Of a stretch of 64,000 nucleotides of DNA, positions 48,162 to 59,086 are shown piece after piece. The stretch covers positions 1-64,000 of the forward strand of contig JAZQAZ010000017.1 of NCBI GenBank assembly GCA_045545475.1. Reading direction: 5' to 3'. Each line of letters opens with the position of its first letter. Position 1 is the first letter of the stretch. This DNA comes from Clostridia bacterium (lineage in GTDB: Bacteria > Bacillota > Clostridia > CAKSNL01 > HGM11501). The notes under the pieces were generated by a model. It was given only the letters and a program-made list of their open reading frames with translations. It made no database searches and was not told where the DNA came from. The translations under genes and the position numbers were made by a program.

Positions 48162-48668
48162 ATGTCAGAGCGTTTTGATAGAGCAAACAACGTTGAAGAT
48201 GAAATCCAGGAAAAGGTTGTCAGCATAACACGTGTTGCAAAGGTTGTTAAGGGCGGTCGTACTTTCCGTTTCGCTACATTAGTTGTAGTAGGTGACGGAA
48301 AGGGTCGCGTAGGCGCCGGCACAGGTAAAGCTGCTGAAATTCCCGATGCAATCAGAAAGGGAATCGAAGACGCTAAGAAGAACATGATAACCGTTCCGAT
48401 TGAAAACGGAACAATTCCTCACGAGATTACAGGTCAGTTTGGTGCAGGCGAAGTATTGCTTATGCCCGCTAAGCCCGGTACCGGTATCATCGCCGGCGGA
48501 AGTGTCAGAGCAGTTGTTGAACTTTGCGGTATCAAGGATATTCGTGCAAAGTCCATGAGAAGCAATAACCCCAGAAATGTGGTTAAGGCAACAATTGAAG
48601 GCCTTTCAAATCTTGTTGATGCTAACATTGTAGCAGCAAAAAGAGGAAAGTCCGTTGAAGAACTCTAA
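48162..48668 (+). CDS. rpsE: 30S ribosomal protein S5
   Basis: [18 protein letters not shown]. Confidence 0.98.
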   Translation: MSERFDRANNVEDEIQEKVVSITRVAKVVKGGRTFRFATLVVVGDGKGRVGAGTGKAAEIPDAIRKGIEDAKKNMITVPIENGTIPHEITGQFGAGEVLLMPAKPGTGIIAGGSVRAVVELCGIKDIRAKSMRSNNPRNVVKATIEGLSNLVDANIVAAKRGKSVEEL

Positions 48669-48686
48669 TACAAGGAGGGTTTTAAG

Positions 48687-48866
48687 ATGGCAAAACTTAA
48701 GATTACACTTGAGAAGAGCTTGATCGGACGTAAGGATGACCACATCGCAACAGCGAAGGCTCTCGGACTCAAGAAGATAAGAGATGTCGTTGAAAAAGAC
48801 GACTGCGCAACAATCAGAGGTATGGTTAACAAGATTTCTTATCTTGTTAAGTGTGAAGAAATATAA
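48687..48866 (+). CDS. rpmD: 50S ribosomal protein L30 (absent from the ORF track)
   Basis: Manual translation [30 protein letters not shown]...[17 protein letters not shown]; AAGGAGG RBS. Confidence 0.96.
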   Translation: MAKLKITLEKSLIGRKDDHIATAKALGLKKIRDVVEKDDCATIRGMVNKISYLVKCEEI

Positions 48867-48889
48867 TTAGGAAAAAGGAGGTGCAGCAA

Positions 48890-49330
48890 ATGAAGTTGTA
48901 CGAGCTTAGTCCTGTTCCCGGAAGCACAAAGGAAGCTAAAAGAAAGGGTAGAGGTCACGGTAGCGGCAACGGTACCCAGGCAGGTCGTGGTCACAAGGGC
49001 CAGAAGGCAAGAAGTGGCGGCGGCGTAAGACCCGGATTTGAAGGCGGACAGATGCCTTTAATCAGACGTATCCCCAAGAGAGGCTTCACCAACATATTTG
49101 CTAAAAAATATGCTGAGATCAACGTTTGCGAATTGAACGTATTCAATGACGGAGACGTTATCGGCGTAACCGAGCTCATGGAGAAAGGCATCATCAGTAA
49201 AGCATACGACGGACTTGTAGTTCTTGGTAACGGTGAAATCACAAAGAAGGTAACCGTAAAGGCAGCAAGATTCTCCAAAGTTGCAGCTGAAAAGATTGCA
49301 ACAGCCGGTGGAAAGGCCGAGGTGATTTAA
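48890..49330 (+). CDS. rplO: 50S ribosomal protein L15
   Basis: [28 protein letters not shown]. Confidence 0.98.
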   Translation: MKLYELSPVPGSTKEAKRKGRGHGSGNGTQAGRGHKGQKARSGGGVRPGFEGGQMPLIRRIPKRGFTNIFAKKYAEINVCELNVFNDGDVIGVTELMEKGIISKAYDGLVVLGNGEITKKVTVKAARFSKVAAEKIATAGGKAEVI

Positions 49331-49331
49331 A

Positions 49332-50642
49332 GTGATAGAAACTTTAAAAGCCGCATGGAGACTTCCGGATTTAAGAAAGAAAATTTTATTTACATTGTTC
49401 ATGCTTATCGTGTTCAGACTGGGATCTGCTATTCCTGTTCCCGGTCTGCAGCCCGGTATGCTGGGCAATCTCGGCCAGACCGGAGAGTTCAATATGTTCA
49501 GTATAATGAACCTCTTCTCCGGTGGTGCCTTCAGCCAGGCAACAATATTTGCAATGGGTATTTCTCCCTACATCAACAGCTCCATCATTATGCAGCTCTT
49601 AACAGTTGCGATTCCCGCACTTGAGAGAATGCAGAAAGAAGGAGAAGAGGGCAGAAAGAAAATACAGTCAATTACAAGATGGGTAACAATTGCTCTTGCT
49701 CTTATACAGGGTATAGGAATTTACTTCCTTCTTATCCAGTATGGCATGACAGTTAATCCTTCAGCTAAATTCATTGACGGATTTATTGTAGTTGCAACTC
49801 TTACAGCAGGTACTGCATTTGTAATGTGGCTCGGCGAACAGATTACCGATAAGGGTATCGGCAACGGTATCTCTCTTATAATCTTCATCGGTATCGTGGC
49901 AAGTATCCCCTCCATTATCAATAACGTGGTAATGAGTTTTGATTTCAAGACAGAGTGGTGGATCGAGCTTCTTATAATAGTATATGCTCTTGCAATGATT
50001 GCTTTTGTTGTATATTTCGATTCCAGTGAAAGAAGAATTCCTGTTCAGTACTCCAAGAGAGTAGTTGGCAGAAAGATGTACGGCGGTCAGTCCACATACA
50101 TTCCCTTAAAGGTTGCTATGGCGGGCGTACTTCCCATCATCTTCGCAATTTCCATTCTTTCTTTCCCCACAACGATTATACAGCTTACAACAGGCCAGAC
50201 AGAGGTTGCTAAAATCGCAATTAATCATCCTTGGCTTGCAAAGATTGTTGAGATATTCTCACCCGGAAACTGGGTATATTGCGTGATTTACTTCCTGTTA
50301 ATCATTGCATTTACCTACTTCTATACTTCAATCAGTTTTAACCCCATTGAGATAGCTAACAACCTTAAGAAGAACGGCGGTACTATTCCGGCTATCAGAC
50401 CCGGAAGAGATACCAGCGACTTTATCAGCAAGGTTCTTGCAAGAATAAATCTTGCAGGTGCACTCTTCCTGAGCATAGTTGCAGTGTTGCCTTTAGTACT
50501 TGGTCTTATATTCCCCAAGTTTGCAACACTTGGCTTAATCGGAGGATCTTCTGTACTCATCTTGGTTGGTGTTGCTCTTGAAACAGTTAAGCAGATAGAA
50601 GCACAGATGATGATGAGACATTACAAAGGATTTTTAGATTAA
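49332..50642 (+). CDS. secY: Preprotein translocase subunit SecY
   Basis: GISPYINSSII, WLGEQIT..GIGNG.SL, RRIPVQY, IRPG. Confidence 0.98.
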   Translation: MIETLKAAWRLPDLRKKILFTLFMLIVFRLGSAIPVPGLQPGMLGNLGQTGEFNMFSIMNLFSGGAFSQATIFAMGISPYINSSIIMQLLTVAIPALERMQKEGEEGRKKIQSITRWVTIALALIQGIGIYFLLIQYGMTVNPSAKFIDGFIVVATLTAGTAFVMWLGEQITDKGIGNGISLIIFIGIVASIPSIINNVVMSFDFKTEWWIELLIIVYALAMIAFVVYFDSSERRIPVQYSKRVVGRKMYGGQSTYIPLKVAMAGVLPIIFAISILSFPTTIIQLTTGQTEVAKIAINHPWLAKIVEIFSPGNWVYCVIYFLLIIAFTYFYTSISFNPIEIANNLKKNGGTIPAIRPGRDTSDFISKVLARINLAGALFLSIVAVLPLVLGLIFPKFATLGLIGGSSVLILVGVALETVKQIEAQMMMRHYKGFLD

Positions 50643-50668
50643 TCTTTGGCGAAAGGTCGACAGTTAAA

Positions 50669-51307
50669 ATGAAACTTATTATGTTAGGACCTCCAGGTGC
50701 AGGAAAGGGTACTCAGGCAGAATTTCTTTCTGAGAAATATGAAATTCCTCAGATTTCAACCGGTGCTATTATAAGAAGCGTTATCACCTCAGGCAGCGAA
50801 TTCGGAAAAAAATTAAAGGCTTTGATTGACGAAGGAAATCTCATTTCTGATGAAGATGTTCTTAAGTTAGTTAAGGAAAGAATCGAGGAACCTGATTGTG
50901 CGAAAGGATATATCCTTGACGGATTTCCCCGCACAATAGCACAGGCAGAAGCACTGGAAAGAATGGATATTACCATCGATAAGGTATTATCCATAGAACT
51001 TTCGGATGAAGAAATCCTAAGTAGGCTTTCCGGAAGACGCGAATGTGCGTCCTGCAGAGCAACCTATCACATCGAAGATAATCCCTCAAAAGTCGAAGGG
51101 GTATGTGACAGATGCGGAGGCAAGCTTATATGTCGTGAAGACGATAAGCCTGAGACAATAAAACACCGTCTTGCGGTTTACTATGAATCCACAGCTCCTC
51201 TTAAAGCTTTTTATGAGGAAAGAGGACTTCTTGTTACCGCTCACGGAAAGAAACTTCTTGAAGAAACCAAACGAGAAGTGCTTAGAGCACTGGGTGAATT
51301 AAAGTGA
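50669..51307 (+). CDS. adk: Adenylate kinase
   Basis: GPPGAGKGTQ, LDGFPRT, zinc lid CASC/CDRC. Confidence 0.97.
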   Translation: MKLIMLGPPGAGKGTQAEFLSEKYEIPQISTGAIIRSVITSGSEFGKKLKALIDEGNLISDEDVLKLVKERIEEPDCAKGYILDGFPRTIAQAEALERMDITIDKVLSIELSDEEILSRLSGRRECASCRATYHIEDNPSKVEGVCDRCGGKLICREDDKPETIKHRLAVYYESTAPLKAFYEERGLLVTAHGKKLLEETKREVLRALGELK

Positions 51308-52050
51308 TTTTAATTAAATCGGATTCTGAAATTGAACTTATGTATGAAAGCGGTCAGATAACGGGCGGAGCTCTTGCCTTGGCAGAAGAGAGCATACGCC
51401 CGGGAATGACAACCGGCGAACTTGACTCTCTTATAGAAAAATATATAAGAAGTCACGGCGCCAGGCCTTCATTCAAAAACTATAACGGTTTTCCGGCGTC
51501 TGCATGTATTTCCGTAAATGAGGTAATCGTTCATGGAATACCCGGAGACAGAGTTTTGAAGGATGGGGATATCGTCAGCGTGGATGTGGGCTCCTACTAT
51601 AAAGGATATCACTCCGACGCGGCGAGAACCTTCGCTGTGGGTAATGTCACCGAGGAAGCTAAAAAGCTTATTGAGGTGACGAAGCAAAGCTTTTTCGAAG
51701 GAATTAAAGCCGCTTATCCCGGAATGAGGATAGGCGATATCGGAAGCCGCGTCCAGGCTTACGCCGAGAGCTTCGGCTACGGTGTAGTAAGGGACATGGT
51801 GGGCCACGGAATAGGAAGGGCACTTCATGAAGCACCCGATGTTCCCAACTTCGGAAAAGAGGGCAGAGGCATACGCTTATTGGAGGGAATGTGCATAGCT
51901 GTTGAGCCCATGATAAACGAGGGAACCTACGAACTTAAAACTCTCTCCGATGGTTGGACGACGGTAACTCTTGACGGTAAGTTATCGGCACATTATGAAA
52001 ATACCTTGGCAATAACCAAGGATGGGCCGAGAATTCTTACCCTGATTTAA
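51304..52050 (+). CDS. map: Methionine aminopeptidase type I
   Basis: CISVNE.IVHGIP, GHGIG..LHE, EPM, SAHYE. Confidence 0.97.
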   Translation: MILIKSDSEIELMYESGQITGGALALAEESIRPGMTTGELDSLIEKYIRSHGARPSFKNYNGFPASACISVNEVIVHGIPGDRVLKDGDIVSVDVGSYYKGYHSDAARTFAVGNVTEEAKKLIEVTKQSFFEGIKAAYPGMRIGDIGSRVQAYAESFGYGVVRDMVGHGIGRALHEAPDVPNFGKEGRGIRLLEGMCIAVEPMINEGTYELKTLSDGWTTVTLDGKLSAHYENTLAITKDGPRILTLI

Positions 52051-52061
52051 GGAGGATACAA

Positions 52062-52346
52062 ATGGAACCCGGAGATTTGGTACTGTCGGAAAAAGGAAGA
52101 GACAAAGACCGATATTACGTGGTAATGGAAGTCTGGCCGGAATACTGCTTTATAGCAGACGGCGACATCCGAAAAACAGACAGACCGAAGAAGAAAAAAA
52201 TCAAACACGTTGTGCAGACTGGCTTTGACAGTGAGTTTATTAAAAAGAAATTCGCAGAAGGTCAAAGGGTAACAAATACCGAACTGCGCAATGAAATAAG
52301 CAAATTTATTAACTCGCTTAATCCATCGGCATTTCCGGTGGAATAA
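52062..52346 (+). CDS. KOW-domain (L14e-like) RNA-binding protein
   Basis: GDLV.S.KGRDK, ADG..RK...PKKKK.KH; conserved position between map and infA. Confidence 0.85.
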   Translation: MEPGDLVLSEKGRDKDRYYVVMEVWPEYCFIADGDIRKTDRPKKKKIKHVVQTGFDSEFIKKKFAEGQRVTNTELRNEISKFINSLNPSAFPVE

Positions 52347-52361
52347 AGGAGGTAGAAAACC

Positions 52362-52723
<362 letters not shown>

Positions 52724-52777
52724 TTCCCACTAAGAAAAATATTTTTATGACATGCGAAAGCAGGAGGTGTAAGTTAA

Positions 52778-53149
52778 ATGGCTAGAATTGCCGGTGTAGA
52801 TTTACCGAGAGAAAAGCGTATCGAAATTGGTCTTACCGCCGTTTACGGAATTGGTCGCACAACTGCGACTGAAATTCTTACAAAAGCAGGCGTAAATCCT
52901 GACATCAGAGTTAAGGATCTTACTGACGATGATCTTGCAAAGATCAGAGAAGTAATGGCTACTGAAGAGTACAAGGTTGAAGGTGACCTTCGTCGCGATA
53001 CAGCTCTCGACATTAAGAGACTCGTTGAGATCGGCTGCTACAGAGGAATGAGACATAGAAAAGGTCTTCCCGTAAGAGGTCAGCGTACCAAGACGAATGC
53101 TCGTACCAGAAAAGGTCCCAGAAAGACCATGGCGAACAAGAAGAAATAA
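52778..53149 (+). CDS. rpsM: 30S ribosomal protein S13
   Basis: [25 protein letters not shown]. Confidence 0.98.
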   Translation: MARIAGVDLPREKRIEIGLTAVYGIGRTTATEILTKAGVNPDIRVKDLTDDDLAKIREVMATEEYKVEGDLRRDTALDIKRLVEIGCYRGMRHRKGLPVRGQRTKTNARTRKGPRKTMANKKK

Positions 53150-53171
53150 TAAGTAAGGGAGGATATTTTTC

Positions 53172-53573
53172 ATGGCTAAGACTGTTGTGGCTAAGAAAGC
53201 TGTTAGACGTCGTAAAGAGCGCAAGAATATCGAGCGCGGCGCCGTTCATATCAGCTCCACATTTAATAACACAATTGTAACAATAACAGACACTGCAGGA
53301 AACGCTCTTTCCTGGGCAAGTGCAGGTGGATTAGGATTCCGCGGTTCAAAGAAGAGCACTCCTTTCGCAGCTCAGACAGCTGCTGAAACAGCAGCAAAGG
53401 CTGCTATGGAGCACGGCCTTAAAACTGTAGAAGTTTATGTAAAGGGCCCCGGTGCAGGTAGAGAAGCTGCTATTCGAGCTCTTCAGGCAGCTGGTCTTGA
53501 GATCAGCATGATTAAGGACGTAACACCCATTCCTCACAATGGATGTCGCCCGCCCAAGCGTAGAAGAGTTTGA
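53172..53573 (+). CDS. rpsK: 30S ribosomal protein S11
   Basis: [27 protein letters not shown]. Confidence 0.98.
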   Translation: MAKTVVAKKAVRRRKERKNIERGAVHISSTFNNTIVTITDTAGNALSWASAGGLGFRGSKKSTPFAAQTAAETAAKAAMEHGLKTVEVYVKGPGAGREAAIRALQAAGLEISMIKDVTPIPHNGCRPPKRRRV

Positions 53574-53599
53574 TTTAGGGGAAAGGAGGAAGTTTATTT

Positions 53600-54193
53600 A
53601 TGGCTAGAAATACACAGCCCATCGTTAAAAGATGTAAGACGCTCGGAATTGAGCCCGGCGTAATGGGTTATAACAAGACAACAAACAGAAACCCCAATCC
53701 GAACAGAAAGAAAAAGTCGGAATACGGTATTCAGCTTAATGAAAAGCAGAAGGTTAAGTTCATTTACGGCGTACTTGAGAAGCAGTTCAGAAAGTACTAT
53801 GTAATGGCAACCAAGAGACACGGTATCACAGGTGAAATGTTACTTCAGATTCTTGAATCAAGACTGGATAACGTTGTATACCGTTTAGGTCTTGCTAACA
53901 CCCGTCGTGAATCAAGACAGATCGTTGTTCACGGTCACGTTACCTTAAACGGTAAGAAGGTTAATATTCCTTCTATCCTTGTTAAGCCCGGCGACGTTAT
54001 CGCTGTAACTGAAAAGTGCAAGAGTAACGATCATTTCAAAGCAATCTTTGAAGCAAACGAAGGCAGAATCATCCCCAAGTGGCTTGATTTTGATAAGAAT
54101 ACCCTTACAGGTAAGGTAGTAAGCCTTGCTGAGCGTACGGATATTGATTTCCCCGTTGAGGAAACTCTTATTGTCGAGTTGTACTCTAAGTAA
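53600..54193 (+). CDS. rpsD: 30S ribosomal protein S4
   Basis: SEYG.QL.EKQK, LESRLDNVVYRLG, IVELYSK. Confidence 0.98.
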   Translation: MARNTQPIVKRCKTLGIEPGVMGYNKTTNRNPNPNRKKKSEYGIQLNEKQKVKFIYGVLEKQFRKYYVMATKRHGITGEMLLQILESRLDNVVYRLGLANTRRESRQIVVHGHVTLNGKKVNIPSILVKPGDVIAVTEKCKSNDHFKAIFEANEGRIIPKWLDFDKNTLTGKVVSLAERTDIDFPVEETLIVELYSK

Positions 54194-54249
54194 GATTTGC
54201 TCCCTCATTGTAAAATTAATTAAATTAATAAAGGGAGGTAGCGCTTATC

Positions 54250-55200
54250 ATGATAGAAATAGAAAAGCCTAAAATAAGCTGTACAGAGCTTAATGATGAA
54301 AAGACTTACGGAAAGTTTGTTGTAGAACCTCTTGAAAGAGGTTACGGCACGACACTTGGTAACTCTCTTAGAAGAATCCTTTTGTCGTCGCTTCCCGGTG
54401 TTGCTGCTACCAGCGTTAAGATTGACGGAGTGCTTCATGAGTTCTCCACAATTAACGGTGTGAAGGAAGACGTAACAGATATCATTATCAACATCAAGCA
54501 GCTTATTGTAAAGCTTCACGGGGAAGGCCCTAAAACCATCTATATAGATGCAAAGGGCGAACAGGAGATTACAGCCGCTGACATAAAGCATGACAGCGAC
54601 GTTGAAATCATCAACGGTGATCTTCATATAGCAACCCTTAACGAGGACGCTAAACTGTATATGGAAATCACAATCGGAAAGGGCAGAGGTTATGTAAGTG
54701 CTGAGCGTAATAAACAGAATCAGCAGCCTATAATCGGCCTTATCAGTGTGGACTCCATCTACACCCCCGTACCCAAGGTAAATTACTATGTGGAAAACAC
54801 ACGTGTAGGACAGATTACCGACTATGACAAGCTTACACTTGAAGTTTGGACTAACGGTACTTTGACTCCTGACGAGGCAATTTCCTTAGGTGCAAAAATA
54901 TTAAACGAACATCTTAATCTGTTCATCGACTTGTCTGACGATGCAAAGAATGCCGAGATTATGGTAGAAAAAGCAGCGCCCAGCCAGAGTAAACTTCTGG
55001 AAATGACAATCGAAGAACTTGATCTCTCAGTACGTTCCTACAACTGCTTAAAGCGTGCAGGAATCAACACTGTTGACGATCTTATTCAGAGAACAGACGA
55101 AGATATGATGAAGGTTAGAAACTTAGGACGTAAGTCTTTGGAAGAAGTTATTAATAAGCTTCATGGCCTTGGACTTTCATTGGCGTCCGAAGAAGAATAA
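54250..55200 (+). CDS. rpoA: RNA polymerase alpha subunit
   Basis: [31 protein letters not shown]. Confidence 0.98.
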   Translation: MIEIEKPKISCTELNDEKTYGKFVVEPLERGYGTTLGNSLRRILLSSLPGVAATSVKIDGVLHEFSTINGVKEDVTDIIINIKQLIVKLHGEGPKTIYIDAKGEQEITAADIKHDSDVEIINGDLHIATLNEDAKLYMEITIGKGRGYVSAERNKQNQQPIIGLISVDSIYTPVPKVNYYVENTRVGQITDYDKLTLEVWTNGTLTPDEAISLGAKILNEHLNLFIDLSDDAKNAEIMVEKAAPSQSKLLEMTIEELDLSVRSYNCLKRAGINTVDDLIQRTDEDMMKVRNLGRKSLEEVINKLHGLGLSLASEEE

Positions 55201-55213
55201 GGAGGTGCGTTAG

Positions 55214-55555
55214 ATGCCCGGTACAAGAAAATTAGGTCGTAAGACCGATATCAGAATAGCTATGCTCAAGAATCTGGTTACCGCACTTTTAGAAAACGGC
55301 AAGATTTCCACCACAGAAGCACGTGCGAAGGAAATCCGTCCCATCGCTGAAAAGATGATCACTCTTGGTAAGAAGAACACTCTTCATACAAGAAGACAGG
55401 CTCTTGCTTTCATTCAGAGCGAAGACGTTGTAAAGAAGCTGTTTGATGAGATTGCTCCCAAGTATGCAGAACGCAACGGAGGATACACCAGAATTTATAA
55501 GGGCGGAGTAAGACGCGGTGACGCGGCTCCTACTGCCATCATCGAGCTGGTTTAA
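55214..55555 (+). CDS. rplQ: 50S ribosomal protein L17
   Basis: [26 protein letters not shown]. Confidence 0.98.
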   Translation: MPGTRKLGRKTDIRIAMLKNLVTALLENGKISTTEARAKEIRPIAEKMITLGKKNTLHTRRQALAFIQSEDVVKKLFDEIAPKYAERNGGYTRIYKGGVRRGDAAPTAIIELV

Positions 55556-55565
55556 TTCAAAGCTT

Positions 55566-55600
55566 AAAAAACACCGTTCCAAAAGGAACGGTGTTTTTTT
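55566..55600. terminator. Bidirectional terminator ending the ribosomal cluster
   Basis: AAAAAACACCGTTCC-AAAA-GGAACGGTGTTTTTT. Confidence 0.88.
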
Positions 55601-55609
55601 GTGTTAAAA

Positions 55610-56161
55610 TCAATTTTCTTCTTTTTTAAGTCTTGGCAGAACATCAAATCTTATTATTCCGATAATTAATGATACAAGCAATACTCCGTCGGCGATGGCA
55701 CCTTCGTAAGATGTAACCGCAAGATTGTAGCAAAGGTAACATATATGAGTTAAAAAGGAAACTGTTCTTATTACAGTTGTATTTTTATTTCCGTATGCAA
55801 TGGTTGAAAGGTCTTTCGCAAAAATAAGCATTATGCTTTTAAATCCTTCAAATGTCCATATGCCGAAGGCGGTAAATATAACACAGAAAATTATCTGGAA
55901 AACCGTGGTTTTCTTGCCCGCTGCTACCTGCTTTGTAAAAATGATGTTTCTTACGCATCCAACGGCATTAAGGATTCCTCCTGAATATGCACCAAGCAGG
56001 AAATACTGCAGAATAAATAGTGCTTCATTAACTGTTCTGAAAAATAAAATGTGCTTGTGCTTTTTAAACTGGAAAGATAAAAAGTTAGCACCAAGTCCTA
56101 AAATACCAACTGTACGGGTTATAATAAGCTCAAGCAGTGGTGTTATAGTAAAAAATGGCAT
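55610..56161 (-). CDS. YgjV-family inner membrane protein
   Basis: SFQ.K, QY.LLGAYSG, RN motifs; multiple hydrophobic helices; AAGGAG RBS. Confidence 0.7.
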   Translation of the reverse strand: MPFFTITPLLELIITRTVGILGLGANFLSFQFKKHKHILFFRTVNEALFILQYFLLGAYSGGILNAVGCVRNIIFTKQVAAGKKTTVFQIIFCVIFTAFGIWTFEGFKSIMLIFAKDLSTIAYGNKNTTVIRTVSFLTHICYLCYNLAVTSYEGAIADGVLLVSLIIGIIRFDVLPRLKKEEN

Positions 56162-56279
56162 AATAAAATCTCCTTGCATTTAACTATCTTATGTGCTATA
56201 CTATAACACAAGACAGAAATAAACACAATAGTTGTTCAAAATATTGATAAATGAACATTTTTGTGAACGGAGTGATGCC

Positions 56280-56975
56280 ATGAAACTCAGCGAAAGACAA
56301 AGGGAAATATTCAATCTTATATGCGAAAATAAGAAAATGTCCGTGGAGGAGTTAACTGCTGCCGTGTATGTTTCGGGAATGACGGTGAGAAGGGATTTAG
56401 CGGAGCTTTCTAAAAACGGTTATGTAAAAAGATACCGTGGTGGGGCAATGTGCCTGCCGGAAAACAATAGCTTTCCCGTTTCTTCCCGCATGCACATTGA
56501 AGAGGATGAAAAAAGAGCACTTGCCAAAAAGGCGGCGGAATTTTTGAAAGACGGCTTAAATATATTTATCGATAGCTCATCAACATGCCAGTTTATAATC
56601 CCTCACATAAAAAAATTTGAAAATATAAAAATAATAACAAACTCGGTAAATGCACTTATTTCGGCATCAGAATTTCACATTCCTTGTTTTATAATCGGAG
56701 GACAGTATTTAGAAAGCGATATGTGTTTTATCGGAACTGCGGCGGAAAAACAGGCCGAAAATCTCAATGTGGATATAGCTTTTATCTCCACTCAGGGAAT
56801 AACGGAGGACGGCGTTATCACAGATTCATCTCCCCAAATAACAGGCGTTAAGGAAGAAATAATGAAAAATGCAAAGCACACGGTGTTCCTTTTTGAGAAA
56901 TCGAAAATCGGAATAAAAGGGCTTTATACCGTTTGCCGCAAGAATGATGAAAACGTGACGGTGGTTACGCTATGA
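56280..56975 (+). CDS. DeoR/GlpR-family transcriptional regulator
   Basis: VS.MTVRRDL..L, RGGA, IFIDSSST, ITNS. Confidence 0.9.
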   Translation: MKLSERQREIFNLICENKKMSVEELTAAVYVSGMTVRRDLAELSKNGYVKRYRGGAMCLPENNSFPVSSRMHIEEDEKRALAKKAAEFLKDGLNIFIDSSSTCQFIIPHIKKFENIKIITNSVNALISASEFHIPCFIIGGQYLESDMCFIGTAAEKQAENLNVDIAFISTQGITEDGVITDSSPQITGVKEEIMKNAKHTVFLFEKSKIGIKGLYTVCRKNDENVTVVTL

Positions 56976-57053
56976 AGAAGGGGTTATATTGATTAAATTC
57001 TGAAATTGTGTTATACTACCAACATAAAGATATGGTTATGGAGGAACTTGGCA

Positions 57054-57862
57054 ATGGAAAAATTAAAAGTTGCGGTTGAAAAAAACAGACAGCTTATTTT
57101 AGATGCTGAAAGGTATATATGGAAAAATCCCGAAACGGGATATAAAGAGGTGAAAACTTCAAAATATATGGCGGACGCTTTCCGTACCCTTGGCTATGAA
57201 CTTACCATGGCAGAGGGAATAACAGGCTTTTGTACTGTTATTGACACGGGAAAAGAGGGCCCCACACTTCTTATATTAGGTGAGCTTGATTCAATAATAT
57301 GTCCAAATCATCCCGAATCCGATCCAGAAACCGGAGCAGTTCACTCATGCGGACACAACGCACAGTGTGCGGCACTTCTTGGTATTGCCGCCGCTCTTAA
57401 AGAACCTGGCGTGCTTGAGGGTTTATGCGGAAGGATAATGCTCCGCTTGTAAACGATAACGGGCTTATTGAAATTACGAAAGAAGCGGCAGGAAAAATAC
57501 TGCCCGAATATACATTCACCATCAATGAAGGGATAAGCTCAGGAAGCACAGATATGGGCGACCTTTGCTGCATTATGCCCGTAGTTCACCCTTATGCAGG
57601 CGGTGCGAAGGGAACAGCACACGGAAGCGATTATTATATAGTCGACCCGGAAGCAGCCTGCATTGCATCGGCAAAAATGCAGATGGCAATGCTTTATATT
57701 CTTCTTTCAGACGAGGCAAAGCGTGCAAAAGAAATAATTAAAAACTATAAGCCGTTATTTGCTTCTAAGGAAGAATATTTTGCTTATGTTGACTCCTTAA
57801 ATAAAGCAGGAGACAGAATAAAGTACGGCGAAAGCGGAGAAGCGATAGTTGATACACTGTAA
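57054..57862 (+). pseudogene. M20 amidohydrolase with internal deletion and frameshift
   Basis: N-fragment NPETGYKE, GELD, HSCGHNAQ ends at GRI; C-fragment APLVND...GSTDMGDL...HP in another frame; the central region is missing. Confidence 0.8.
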
Positions 57863-57937
57863 AATGAACTTGCAAAGAATAGAATTTTGTGGTAAAATAT
57901 AATTCGATTTTTCAGAGTAAGCTTTTTGGAGGCAAAT

Positions 57938-59086
57938 ATGAAAAAGATACAAAGTAACTGGATAAAAATGCTCCTGCTTGGTGCATTCCTTATTTTGTTT
58001 TACAGGGTTACTGAGAACTACAAAGGAAGCCTTGATTGGATAGGTGATTTTATAGGAGTATTTACACCCTGCATAATAGGGGTGGTTATAGCTTTCTTTC
58101 TGTGGAAACCGGCAGAAAAGCTAGAAGTGCTTATAGGAAAAGCGAAATGGAATTTTTTAAGAAGCCATAAAAAGGCGGTATCAATTTTAAGTATTTATCT
58201 TATTATTGTCATCATTATGGCACTTGCGGTTAATTTTATCCTTCCTGTACTATCTAAAAACGTGAAGGATCTGGCAATTAATGCTCCTTCATATATAGAT
58301 AAAGCTGATAAATTCCTGAAAGAAAACAAATATCTTTCAGAGATAGATATTTTTGAGACAATGAACGGGAAGCTGGAGAACTTTGTTAAAGAAAATCTTA
58401 CTTTAAGCAATATAAATAAGTATATTTCGGTACTGGGTAATATTGCAGGTTCTTTCCTTAATTTCTTTTTAGGAATTGTTTTTTCCATATATATTCTTTT
58501 TGACCGTGAAGGAATTAAAAAATTCTGGAAAACCGTGGGAGATAAGTTTCTTTCCGGAAAAGGCGGCATTGTTTTAAGAAAGTACATTGCGAAAACTGTA
58601 GGGTTGTTTTATTCCTATTTTTCAGGTCTTGCCATAGATGCTCTGATAGTTGGATTTGTAACATCGGTTGCACTTGGAATTTTCCGTGTGCCTTATGCTG
58701 TGCTTCTCGGTGTTTTGGCGGCAATAGGAAATATGGTGCCGTTCTTCGGACCTATTGTGGCAACGGTTGTGACTTTTATAATAAGTATGCTTACTGTAGG
58801 GCCTGTCAACGCACTTTGGATTATTGCTTTCCAGATAATACTGGGACAGGTTGATTCAAATATTATTCAACCAAAAATATTAAGTAAATCCACCGGAGTA
58901 AGTCCGCTGCTGGTTCTTTTTGCTGTGATAGTATTCGGTGAATTGTTCGGATTTTTCGGAATGGTTTTGGGAGTACCGCTGATTGCCACGATTAAGATGA
59001 TTGCGGACGATTATTTTGATAACGGAGAACTTGACGGCAGCATGCCGGAAGATATAACAAAGAAAGGAAATGATATAAATGAGTGA
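57938..59086 (+). CDS. AI-2E family transporter
   Basis: NMVPFFGP, NIIQPKIL, G.SPL, FG.LFG..GM.LGVP. Confidence 0.9.
   Translation: MKKIQSNWIKMLLLGAFLILFYRVTENYKGSLDWIGDFIGVFTPCIIGVVIAFFLWKPAEKLEVLIGKAKWNFLRSHKKAVSILSIYLIIVIIMALAVNFILPVLSKNVKDLAINAPSYIDKADKFLKENKYLSEIDIFETMNGKLENFVKENLTLSNINKYISVLGNIAGSFLNFFLGIVFSIYILFDREGIKKFWKTVGDKFLSGKGGIVLRKYIAKTVGLFYSYFSGLAIDALIVGFVTSVALGIFRVPYAVLLGVLAAIGNMVPFFGPIVATVVTFIISMLTVGPVNALWIIAFQIILGQVDSNIIQPKILSKSTGVSPLLVLFAVIVFGELFGFFGMVLGVPLIATIKMIADDYFDNGELDGSMPEDITKKGNDINE

Noticed and set aside
57425-57452. Programmed frameshift joining the two M20 fragments
   Set aside because: No slippery heptamer, and the joined product would still lack the catalytic and dimerisation regions.
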